Source of the DNA: an uncultured Chlorobiales bacterium
GTDB taxonomy: Bacteria; Bacteroidota; Chlorobiia; Chlorobiales; Chloroherpetonaceae
Assembly (NCBI GenBank): GCA_964642175.1
Contig: CAZXOK010000003.1
Span: 168,333-232,332 of the forward strand
DNA length: 64,000 bases
Direction: 5' to 3'
Positions 28,466 to 37,045 of this stretch are shown here, piece after piece. Position 1 is the stretch's first letter, and the number at the start of each line of letters is the position of its first letter. Both the position numbers and the translations under genes were made by a program. The notes beneath the pieces were generated by a model. That model was not told the origin of the DNA. It worked only from the letters and a program-made list of their open reading frames with translations, and did not search any database.

Positions 28466-28759
28466 AACTCTGCCAAAGTTTTAAATCTTATTGATGGATC
28501 ATATTAGTTTTTTTTTGAAATAAATTGTGATTTATATCAATTTTTCTAAATTCCACATCAGGTCGTTTTTTATCCATTCTAATTAAGCAGGGTAAAATTT
28601 TATAATTAAAATCTCAAGAACATCTTTTTTATAATGGCTTTTTTAACGTCGTGATGTTTTTAATAAAATTTTTTAATTATAAGTTGATTTTGGACACAAC
28701 AACATCTCTGAAACATTTGAGGGATACCATTTGGGAAATTATTTGCCTGTTTTTATTGG

Positions 28760-30964
28760 TTGTTTCAAAATTATTATTTAATCCTGCTTATCATGTTGTT
28801 CATCTATTCTTTATTTCAAAAGTCCTTCAAGCTTTTTCTTGTATTCATCTGCCTGTTATTAAGTCATCAGGCGATTGCCCAGGCTAATCTGTTTGATGGC
28901 AGCTCATTGGTAAAACCCAAACTCGTGGTTGGAGAGTCCGATCTTAGCCAGCCATTCACGATGGGCATAGAATTTACCATAGAACCGGGTTGGCATATTT
29001 ATTGGACAAATCCGGGTGATGCCGGTTTACCGATTGAGTTTGAGTGGGAGCTGCCAAAAGGTTATACGGTTCAGGATATCCAGTACCCGGTGCCCGTTAA
29101 GTTTGTTGAGAGTGGCGTAGTCGGTTACGGTTACAGCGGAGAGGTGGTTCTTCTGGCAACGGTTATCCCGCCTAAAGATGCTGAGATATCAGATAAAACC
29201 ATATCAGCAAATATAAGCTGGTTGGCGTGTAAAGAGATATGCCTGCCCGGCCAGGGGCGTGCCGAGCTGGATCTAAGTTCGCTAAGCACAGAAGCCCGGT
29301 TAGATAATCAATCAAAAATCAACCAGTGGCAGAATAAGTTGCCACTTACTCTAAATCAGGCAAACCTCGACCTGGTATCGGCAGAAATCAAAAAAAACGG
29401 AAAAAAAGCTGATTTGCAGCTTATCTTTGCCGGCCGGGATGCAGAAGCAATTACCGACCTTTTCCCATATATCATAAACAATGCCCTGATCAACTACAAC
29501 CAGATTACAGTAAAAGACGGTGTAATTAAACTTAGTGCTTTGCTGGATAACGATTCGGTTAAAGTGCGCGACCTGCAAGGTGTTTTAAAATTTCAGGATA
29601 AAGGCATCTATTTTACCACTTCCCTTACACCTGTAAGCTCGGAATTCACTTCGGTAGCCACTGCCCGGTCTTCAGAAGGTGGGATAAACTTTTTCGCTAT
29701 CCTTGGTCTGGCCTTTATTGGCGGGTTGCTTTTAAACATTATGCCCTGTGTATTGCCTGTGCTTTCGCTAAAGGTACTGGGGTTTGTGGAGCATGCCCAA
29801 AAAGATAAAGCCCATAGCCGCAATCTTAGCCTGGCGTTTATGCTGGGCGTGATTATGTCTTTCTGGTTACTGGCTGGTGTGGTTGGGTTGTTGCAGCAGG
29901 CTGGTGAGCAAATTGGCTGGGGATTCCAGTTTCAGTCGCCAGCCTTTGTGATCGCCATGTCGGTGGTGGTATTTGTGTTTGGGTTGAATTTAGTTGGCGT
30001 GTTTGAATTTGCCACACCGGCTGTAACCGGTCAGGTTGGTTCAGGATTAAGCCGAAATGATTGGGTGGGCTCGTTTATGAATGGTGTGCTGGCAACCACA
30101 CTGGCTACGCCTTGCACGGCCCCGTTTCTGGGCACAGCCCTTGGCTTTGCCTTTTCACAGCCCTTTTATACCATCTTTCTCATATTTACCGTGGTGGGCT
30201 TAGGACTGGCTTCACCCTATGTATTGCTGTCCTTGAATCCAAAATGGCTGAAATTTATCCCCAAACCCGGCCCCTGGATGAACCGCTTCAAGCAGGGTAT
30301 GGGCTTTTTACTGTTTGCCACACTGGTCTGGCTTTTATCGGTCTTGGGCAGCCAACTGGGTGCTCAGGCTATTGTGGCAGCACTGGCCTTGCTTCTTGGA
30401 ATAGGGTTTGCGTTATGGATGATCGGGGCATTTCTTGATTTTAATTCTTCAAAAGCCAAACGGGTTAGTATCTGGACATCGGCCATCGTAATTATGGCCC
30501 TTTCTTATGTGGTAACCATGGAAGGGTGGCTTCAACTTCGGGAACAAAATACTCCCGAGAAAACTTTAATCAGTGAATCAGGCTCCAGTATTAAATGGAA
30601 CGCATTTAGTGTTGAGTATCTGGAAGAAACAGTAAGTAAAGGCAAGCCCGTGTTCATTGATTTTACGGCCGATTGGTGCTTTACCTGTAAAGTTACCGAA
30701 CAAACCGTTATTGAAACTGATCTGGTGAGGAGTAAAATTGATGAGTACGCCATAACTCCCATAAAAGCAGACTGGACCAGCCGAAACGACGAGATCACCA
30801 GCTTGTTAAAGCAATACGGACGCTCAGGTGTGCCACTCTATGTGGTTATCCCCGGTGGCCGGCTGTCCGACCCGATTATTCTTCCTGAAGTGATTACACA
30901 AAGCATGTTGATTGATGCATTCCGTGATGCCAGGGCCCAGACACTGAGTTCAGCATTACAATAA
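28760..30964 (+). CDS. DsbD/ScsB-family thiol:disulfide electron transporter (N-terminal periplasmic domain, CcdA-like membrane core, C-terminal thioredoxin)
   Basis: Membrane core cysteines are NIMPCVLPVL and LATPCTAPFLG. The C-terminal thioredoxin fold carries FTADWCFTCK. The probable start is Met at 28793 (MLFIYSLFQKSFKLFLVFICLLLSHQAIAQA signal). Confidence 0.8.
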   Translation: MFQNYYLILLIMLFIYSLFQKSFKLFLVFICLLLSHQAIAQANLFDGSSLVKPKLVVGESDLSQPFTMGIEFTIEPGWHIYWTNPGDAGLPIEFEWELPKGYTVQDIQYPVPVKFVESGVVGYGYSGEVVLLATVIPPKDAEISDKTISANISWLACKEICLPGQGRAELDLSSLSTEARLDNQSKINQWQNKLPLTLNQANLDLVSAEIKKNGKKADLQLIFAGRDAEAITDLFPYIINNALINYNQITVKDGVIKLSALLDNDSVKVRDLQGVLKFQDKGIYFTTSLTPVSSEFTSVATARSSEGGINFFAILGLAFIGGLLLNIMPCVLPVLSLKVLGFVEHAQKDKAHSRNLSLAFMLGVIMSFWLLAGVVGLLQQAGEQIGWGFQFQSPAFVIAMSVVVFVFGLNLVGVFEFATPAVTGQVGSGLSRNDWVGSFMNGVLATTLATPCTAPFLGTALGFAFSQPFYTIFLIFTVVGLGLASPYVLLSLNPKWLKFIPKPGPWMNRFKQGMGFLLFATLVWLLSVLGSQLGAQAIVAALALLLGIGFALWMIGAFLDFNSSKAKRVSIWTSAIVIMALSYVVTMEGWLQLREQNTPEKTLISESGSSIKWNAFSVEYLEETVSKGKPVFIDFTADWCFTCKVTEQTVIETDLVRSKIDEYAITPIKADWTSRNDEITSLLKQYGRSGVPLYVVIPGGRLSDPIILPEVITQSMLIDAFRDARAQTLSSALQ

Positions 30965-30981
30965 TCTAAACATCAATCATC

Positions 30982-31638
30982 ATGAATCAGGAAACACCAC
31001 AACAGAGCCGCATGATCATGAAACGGGCAACCGTTCTGATCTTTTCGATGATGTTCTTTATCAGCATCATCTTGCTTACGGTAACCCGGGCATCATCCTC
31101 AAGTTTATCCATGGGTGAGTCTGCCCCGGATTTTACATTAAAAGACCTTTCGGGTAACTCGCACTCACTTTCTGATTTTAGAGGGAAACCTGTGGTTCTG
31201 GAATGGACCAACCCGGGATGCCCGTTTGTAGTGGCCCATTACAAAAACGGTAACATGCAAGCCTTACAGGAAAAATACAAGGAAAAAGGCGTGATCTGGC
31301 TGGCCGTGAATTCAACCAATACCGATCATCGCGACTACAAGAAACCTGAAGAGTTAAAAGAAGTCTTCACCGAATGGAAAGCCGGTTATACAGCCCAGCT
31401 TATGGATGCCGATGGCATGGTTGGCAAATTGTACGATGCCAAAACCACACCTCACATATATGTTATTGATAAAGATGGCATGCTGGTCTACCAGGGCGCT
31501 ATTGATGACGACAGAAGTGCCAGCGGTGGGTCTAACGCCGAGGTGAATTATGTATCCAAAGCCTTAGATGAGCTGCTTCAGGGTAAAGCGGTAACCAAAA
31601 CGCTAACCCGTCCTTATGGATGCGGTGTAAAATATTAA
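30982..31638 (+). CDS. Redoxin/thioredoxin-fold protein with single-Cys CPFV motif
   Basis: APDFTLKDLSGNSHSLSDFRGKPVVLEWTNPGCPFVVAHY, TPHIYVIDKDGMLVYQGAIDD. It has an N-terminal membrane anchor or signal and follows the DsbD-like gene. Confidence 0.65.
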   Translation: MNQETPQQSRMIMKRATVLIFSMMFFISIILLTVTRASSSSLSMGESAPDFTLKDLSGNSHSLSDFRGKPVVLEWTNPGCPFVVAHYKNGNMQALQEKYKEKGVIWLAVNSTNTDHRDYKKPEELKEVFTEWKAGYTAQLMDADGMVGKLYDAKTTPHIYVIDKDGMLVYQGAIDDDRSASGGSNAEVNYVSKALDELLQGKAVTKTLTRPYGCGVKY

Positions 31639-31655
31639 CCCGTTTTGTGTCGGAG

Positions 31656-31692
31656 AGGTGTTGTTGGTCTCAAATCAACAACACCTTTTTTA
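31656..31692 (+). terminator. Rho-independent terminator
   Basis: AGGTGTTGTTG-GTCTCAAAT-CAACAACACCT followed by TTTTT, 18 nt after the stop at 31638. Confidence 0.75.
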
Positions 31693-31894
31693 GTTTGTCT
31701 TCCCACCGATATATTCCCTGAAAACATTTGTTGTAATACCTCCAATTTTTATATTACCAAGATATGTATAATGAATTGATGCTTCTTCAACAGTTCTCCT
31801 TGCTAGTGGTGTAGCATCCGTTTATCATCCAAACCAAATCAACAGAAATTTTAAGGCCTTTGGTCTGCTAAACTCTTTACGCGGTGTTAGATAT

Positions 31895-32872
31895 ATGAAT
31901 AAGTCAGAAAAAATATGGATGAATGGGAAAATTGTACCGTTCGAAGATGCTAAAATCCACATCCTTTCCCATGCGGTACACTATGGATCGTCCATGTTTG
32001 AAGGTATTCGTTGCTATGATACAGACAAAGGCTCTGCCATTTTGTTTTTAAAAGAGCATGTCAAACGCCTGTTTGATTCTGCTAAAATCTATCGTGCCGA
32101 AATTCCATTTTCATTAGAAGAGGTTGAAGCGGCCATAATTGAGCTGGTAGTAGCCAACAAGCACAAATCCTGCTATATTCGCCCGATTGCATACCGCGGT
32201 TTAGGAGCACTGGGTGTAAACCCAACCGGGGCAGCTGTTGAACTGGCTATTGCTACCTGGGAGTGGGGAAGTTATCTGGGTGAAGATGTTTTAGATCACG
32301 GTGTGGATGTAAAAGTTGCAACCTGGCAACGCCAGGCTCCAAATACATTTCCTGCGGCAGCCAAAGCCGGAGGTAATTACCTTAATTCTCAGCTGATCAA
32401 AATGGAAGCCGTGGCTGATGGCTACGCCGAAGGTATTGCCCTGGATGTGTTTGGTTATGTATCTGAAGGCAGTGGTGAAAATATTTTTGTGATCCGCAAC
32501 GGGGAAATCCATACTCCGGTTTCAGCCCAATCCATTCTACCGGGCATTACCCGCGGAGCAGTTATGACTCTGGCAGCCGAACTGGGAATCCCTGTAAAAG
32601 AAACCATGATCACCCGGGAAATGCTCTATATCGCCGATGAGATATTCATGACCGGTACAGCAGCCGAGATCACACCGGTGCGTTCGGTTGATAAATACAC
32701 TGTCGGCAGCGGCAAAACCGGCCCTGTTACCAGGCAGCTTCAACAGAAATACTTTGATGTGATCCACCAGGGCCAGGACAATAGAGGATGGCTCACATTT
32801 CTTTCAGAAGGCGCTAAAAATGGCACCAATTCTGAAATCGGCAACAAAATCACGTCCAACTCTGCCTCATAA
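31895..32872 (+). CDS. ilvE: Branched-chain amino acid aminotransferase
   Basis: IWMNGKIVPFEDAKIHILSHAVHYGSSMFEGIRCY, KAGGNYLNSQL, GSGENIFVIRNGEIHTP, ILPGITR, EIFMTGTAAEITPV. Confidence 0.9.
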   Translation: MNKSEKIWMNGKIVPFEDAKIHILSHAVHYGSSMFEGIRCYDTDKGSAILFLKEHVKRLFDSAKIYRAEIPFSLEEVEAAIIELVVANKHKSCYIRPIAYRGLGALGVNPTGAAVELAIATWEWGSYLGEDVLDHGVDVKVATWQRQAPNTFPAAAKAGGNYLNSQLIKMEAVADGYAEGIALDVFGYVSEGSGENIFVIRNGEIHTPVSAQSILPGITRGAVMTLAAELGIPVKETMITREMLYIADEIFMTGTAAEITPVRSVDKYTVGSGKTGPVTRQLQQKYFDVIHQGQDNRGWLTFLSEGAKNGTNSEIGNKITSNSAS

Positions 32873-32878
32873 CCGGTT

Positions 32879-34045
32879 ATGGCCTGGGCCCAATTACTTG
32901 GACAAGAAGACGCGGCTGAAAACCTAAAGCAAGCCATTACCCAGGATCGGTTGCCAAATGCTTATTTATTTCTTGGCCCCGAGGGTGTTGGTAAAGAACT
33001 TGCCGCCCTTGAAGTAGCCAAAGTGCTCAATTGCGACGATCCAAACGCCTTAACTCAGGCAACAGCTTGCGGAATATGCGAGAGTTGCCGGCAAATGAGC
33101 GAGCTGGCTCACCCCAATCTTGAGATTGTTTTTCCGGTAGAAAAAATCCTCTTGGAATCGCCTTCGGAAGGCTCGGCCTCGAAAGTCAGCCATGAAGAAG
33201 CCATGGAGCGCTTAAAGGCGCTTTATGATGAAAAACGCCGCAATCCCTATTTTTCCATGAGCATGGACAAATCAACCGGTATCTTAAAAGACCAGATTAT
33301 GATGCTTCAGGAAAAAGCGGGATTTAAACCCCTGAAAAACAAGCGTCGGGTATTTTTAATTTCCCAGGCCGACCGGTTAAATGCCACTGCAGCCAACAGG
33401 CTCTTGAAGATCCTGGAAGAGCCACCGGCATTTGTCCTGTTCATCCTGGTCTCTTCCAGGCCCGATATGCTCTTACCGACAGTTATTTCGCGCTGCCAGC
33501 CTTTGAAATTCTCAAAAATTCACCCCGGTGATATCCGCCAATACCTGAAAGATCATCGGTTTGAGCTCAATGAAAAACAACTGAGTTTTATTGCAAGTTA
33601 TGCCCAGGGTAATATGAATCATGTTTTGAGCATGGCTCATCAATGCCTGGAAAGCAACGAGCCGCCGGAGCTGCAGAAACACCGCGATGAGGCTCTCCAT
33701 TTTCTGAGAGTGTTGCTTTCGAAAGATCGAGGACTGGAAGTGATCCGTGCCATTGAAGCGATTGCCAGGCGCGATCGCACCCGCCACGAGCAGCAGCAAT
33801 GGTTGATGGCAATGCTCTATATTTTTCGTGATGTGTTCAATACCCAGCATCAACAAAATGCCCAGCTGTTGAATGCCGATATTGAGCCGGTGATCTCGAA
33901 ATTTGCCCAGAATTTTCCTTCTGCCGATTTTCAACAAGCCTCCAGGCTTGTCGAGCACACCCAGTATGCCCTGATACGCAATGCCAACACCCTTCTGCTT
34001 TTTACCAACCTGAGCCGGGAGTTAAAAGCGGCGCTTACGCATTAA
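32879..34045 (+). CDS. holB: DNA polymerase III delta-prime subunit
   Basis: LPNAYLFLGPEGVGK, a Zn-module-like CGICESC, AANRLLKILEEPP, and ISRCQPLKF (SRC motif). Confidence 0.8.
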   Translation: MAWAQLLGQEDAAENLKQAITQDRLPNAYLFLGPEGVGKELAALEVAKVLNCDDPNALTQATACGICESCRQMSELAHPNLEIVFPVEKILLESPSEGSASKVSHEEAMERLKALYDEKRRNPYFSMSMDKSTGILKDQIMMLQEKAGFKPLKNKRRVFLISQADRLNATAANRLLKILEEPPAFVLFILVSSRPDMLLPTVISRCQPLKFSKIHPGDIRQYLKDHRFELNEKQLSFIASYAQGNMNHVLSMAHQCLESNEPPELQKHRDEALHFLRVLLSKDRGLEVIRAIEAIARRDRTRHEQQQWLMAMLYIFRDVFNTQHQQNAQLLNADIEPVISKFAQNFPSADFQQASRLVEHTQYALIRNANTLLLFTNLSRELKAALTH

Positions 34046-34056
34046 AGGAACCGAAC

Positions 34057-34728
34057 ATGATAACTTTAAAAGCCATCTGGCATGTGGTGCAGAAAGATTT
34101 CACTCTGGAGTTTCGAACACGCTACGGGTTAAACCTGATTGTGCTTTTTGTGCTCATCTCGGTTTCGCTGGTTGTTTTCTCTTTTGCCGGCAGCCAGCTG
34201 GAAAACACGCTCCTGGCTACCCTGATGTGGAACACCATCTTTTTCTCGGCTATGGCATCGTTGCAACGCGGATTTGTGGGTGAAGCCGAGCAGGGAACGA
34301 TGCTCTTTTTAAGAATTTCTTACCCATCTTCGGCGGTTTTTTTTGGCAAGCTGATCTACAATGTTCTTCTGGCCCTTGGCGTAAATTTGTTGGTCTCTGT
34401 CCTGTACCTGGTGGCACTGAATCTGGGGATAGAACACTTGGGGATGTTTATACTGACCATGGTGCTGGGTAGTGTGGCTACAGCCATACCCTTAACCCTT
34501 ATCAGTGCTATTGTGGCCGGAACCGCTTCAAAAGGCAGCCTGTTTGCGGTGCTGTCTTTTCCTCCCATTTTGCCCTGTATCTGGCTGGTGGTACGCGCCA
34601 CGAGGCTTTCGGCGCAAACAGGAAACAACTGGCCCGAGGCTGCTGTAGACCTGAACCTGCTTTTGGCTTATTCTGCCATTATGCTGGTTTTGGGCTGGAT
34701 GCTGTTTGATTTTGTCTGGGAAGAGTAG
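34057..34728 (+). CDS. ccmB: Haem exporter permease CcmB-like (ABC-2 type membrane protein)
   Basis: 223 aa with six hydrophobic segments. LMWNTIFFSAMASLQRGFVGEAEQGTMLFLRISYPSSAVFFGKL parallels the E. coli CcmB segment ...ALERLFRDDLQDGSLEQLMLLPLPLPAVVLAKV as I recall it. No ccmA or ccmC is adjacent. Confidence 0.55.
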   Translation: MITLKAIWHVVQKDFTLEFRTRYGLNLIVLFVLISVSLVVFSFAGSQLENTLLATLMWNTIFFSAMASLQRGFVGEAEQGTMLFLRISYPSSAVFFGKLIYNVLLALGVNLLVSVLYLVALNLGIEHLGMFILTMVLGSVATAIPLTLISAIVAGTASKGSLFAVLSFPPILPCIWLVVRATRLSAQTGNNWPEAAVDLNLLLAYSAIMLVLGWMLFDFVWEE

Positions 34729-34754
34729 CTTTATTTGTGTAAAAACCGGCAGGG

Positions 34755-35210
34755 TTAAGGCTCCAGTTTTATAAACCAGGCTTCCAGACCGGCCCGGCGT
34801 GTTTTCCCATTCTTATAATAAACATGTCCGGTAAGGCGGGCATAATTGTTCAGATCGGAATCGATTAAATACATGGCCTCATAGAACCGATCGTTTTTCT
34901 TAAATGCAGCCTTCAGAACTGTGATCTCATCGGCTGAAATCTTATCCAGCCAGGCCTTGCCGATTGTGGTATCTGCATCAATAATTCGGGTCAGTTTCAG
35001 GTTGCCTTCAGTTTTTTCCAGGCCAAATGTACCTCTGAACACTTGGTTGGATTCGGGATTAGTCCCAACAACCGTGTAAGTGCCTGCCAGAAAATCTTGC
35101 AGAAACAGGGTCTCTTCATCCTGGGCGGTTAAATCGGAAGTGTTAAAACAAAGCAGCATTAACAGTACTATGGCAATACGATATATCATGCAGATGTTGT
35201 GTTTAGTCAA
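34755..35210 (-). CDS. Hypothetical exported protein
   Basis: 151-aa ORF with a signal-like N-terminus (IAIVLLMLLCFNTSDLTAQ). No motif recognised. Confidence 0.45.
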   Translation of the reverse strand: MTKHNICMIYRIAIVLLMLLCFNTSDLTAQDEETLFLQDFLAGTYTVVGTNPESNQVFRGTFGLEKTEGNLKLTRIIDADTTIGKAWLDKISADEITVLKAAFKKNDRFYEAMYLIDSDLNNYARLTGHVYYKNGKTRRAGLEAWFIKLEP

Positions 35211-35411
35211 TGATCAGATCAGAGGTATTAAAATAGGTAATTTCTTTAAGATCCTGATCGGCTGGTATCTGGATAGTTCAGACCACCCCTGAGCGAATAA
35301 TAATCAGAAGCCCCGGAGTTAGAATCATTTTACATTAAATTGTGTTTAGGGTGTTCAACAGCTCCCCGTAAATTTTAAAAAACACTTTTCAGAACAAAAC
35401 CCGGAGAAATC

Positions 35412-35987
35412 ATGGTATCAATAGCAATCCTTTATTACAGCGGTTACGGGCATACCGAAAAACTGGCCGAAGCCGTCTTAAGTGGTGTTTCGTCTGTCCA
35501 TGAAACCACGTCCCATTTAATTACCATTTCTGATGAAGGCAACATCACCGATGAAGATTGGCAAACGCTGGATAAGGCCGATGCGATCATTTTCGGTTCA
35601 CCGACTTACATGGGAAATGTGGCCTGGCAGTTCAAAAAAATTGCAGATGCTTCCAGCAAACGCTGGTTCAACCAGGATTGGAAAGATAAAGTGGCCGCCG
35701 GTTTTACCAACTCGGCGTCTATGAACGGCGATAAACTCTCAACCATCAACTATCTTTTTACCCTCTCCATGCAGCATTCCATGATCTGGGTCGGCACCGG
35801 GATCATGCCATCGAGTTCATCCAAAGCCCAGCGGAACGATATCAATTACATGGGCGCTTTTTCAGGGCTTCTGGCCCAGTCGGCCTCAGATGTCGGGCCG
35901 GATGTGGCACCGCCGGAAGGTGATCTGAAAACCGCTAAACTTTTTGGCGAACGGGTGGGCGAAGTGGCCAAACGCTGGAATGCTTAA
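35412..35987 (+). CDS. wrbA: NAD(P)H:quinone oxidoreductase, WrbA-type flavodoxin-like protein
   Basis: MVSIAILYYSGYGHTEKLAEAV, ADAIIFGSPTYMGNVAWQFKKIADAS, GFTNSASMNGD. Confidence 0.8.
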   Translation: MVSIAILYYSGYGHTEKLAEAVLSGVSSVHETTSHLITISDEGNITDEDWQTLDKADAIIFGSPTYMGNVAWQFKKIADASSKRWFNQDWKDKVAAGFTNSASMNGDKLSTINYLFTLSMQHSMIWVGTGIMPSSSSKAQRNDINYMGAFSGLLAQSASDVGPDVAPPEGDLKTAKLFGERVGEVAKRWNA

Positions 35988-36030
35988 ATAAAACGGCGCA
36001 CTACAAAGAATGGCAACATCAGAAAAGAAA

Positions 36031-36055
36031 AAGGGCGGTTTTTTTAACCGCCCTT
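36031..36055. terminator. Hairpin between convergent genes (probable bidirectional terminator)
   Basis: AAGGGCGGTT-TTTTT-AACCGCCCTT lies between the wrbA stop (35987) and the PfkB-kinase stop (36061). Confidence 0.6.
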
Positions 36056-36060
36056 CTGAA

Positions 36061-36972
36061 TTAATCGTTGATCTGCGAGAGATCTAAGAAACTTTGGAAG
36101 CGATCTTCAACTTCAAGGTGGGTGAGATCCAACAGACGCTGCGGTCCGAATTGCTCCACACAGAAGCTGGCCATGGCGCTGCCATATAAAATGCCCTTGC
36201 GAAGGGTAAGTTCAGAGATATCGTCTTTCTTGGCAATGTATCCGATCAGGCCACCGGCAAATGTGTCCCCGGCGCCGGTTGGATCGTAGATGGATTCCAG
36301 CGGGTAGGCCGGTGCTGCAAAAATACCGTTATCGGTAAAGAGCAGGGCGCCGTGCTCGCCTTTTTTGATGATCAGGATTTTTGGCCCCATGCTGCGAATC
36401 ACCCGGGCTGCTTTTACAAGATTTGGCTCGCCGCTCAGTTCCCTGGCTTCACTGTCATTAACCACCAGGAGGTCGACTTCTTCCAGGGTTTTTTTCAGTT
36501 CATCCAGCATGCCTTCAATCCAGAAATTCATGGTATCGCAAATGGTAAGTTTGGGACGAGAGATCTGGTTGAGCACCTTTCGTTGCAGTACCGGATCAAT
36601 GTTGCCAAGACATACATACTTGGTTTGCTGGTACTGATGGGGAATGACCGGATCAAAATCAGCCAGTACATTCAGCTGGGTATCCAGTGTATCCCGGGTA
36701 TTCATATCGTAATGGTATTTCCCGGCCCAACGAAATGTTTTGCCATTTTCAACAATTTGAAGCCCATCGATATTGATATCGCGCGACTGGAGCAAGCGAA
36801 TATTCTGATCACCGAAATCAGAACCCACTACACCAACCAGGTTGATGTTATCGGCAAAAAAGTTAGCCGAAAGGGCAATATAGGTAGAAGAACCGCCCAG
36901 GGTATCTTCAGAACGTCCAAAAGGGGTTTCAATGGTATCAAAGGCAATAGATCCGACAACTAAAACAGACAT
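36061..36972 (-). CDS. PfkB-family carbohydrate/nucleoside kinase
   Basis: 303 aa. GGSSTY, and DPTGAGDTFAGGLIGY (PfkB signature 2 with the catalytic GAGD). Confidence 0.85.
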   Translation of the reverse strand: MSVLVVGSIAFDTIETPFGRSEDTLGGSSTYIALSANFFADNINLVGVVGSDFGDQNIRLLQSRDINIDGLQIVENGKTFRWAGKYHYDMNTRDTLDTQLNVLADFDPVIPHQYQQTKYVCLGNIDPVLQRKVLNQISRPKLTICDTMNFWIEGMLDELKKTLEEVDLLVVNDSEARELSGEPNLVKAARVIRSMGPKILIIKKGEHGALLFTDNGIFAAPAYPLESIYDPTGAGDTFAGGLIGYIAKKDDISELTLRKGILYGSAMASFCVEQFGPQRLLDLTHLEVEDRFQSFLDLSQIND

Positions 36973-37045
36973 AAAATGTGGTTTTTTGGTTAAAAAAAGG
37001 CGCCTAAACGACTTACCCTTTGAGAATACAAAAATCTTACACTAT

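Noticed and set aside
28651-28887. 78-aa ORF overlapping the 5' end of the DsbD-like gene in the AT-rich spacer after the TatD gene.
   Set aside because: It is hydrophobic low-complexity translation of AT-rich DNA that overlaps the better-supported DsbD signal-peptide region in another frame.
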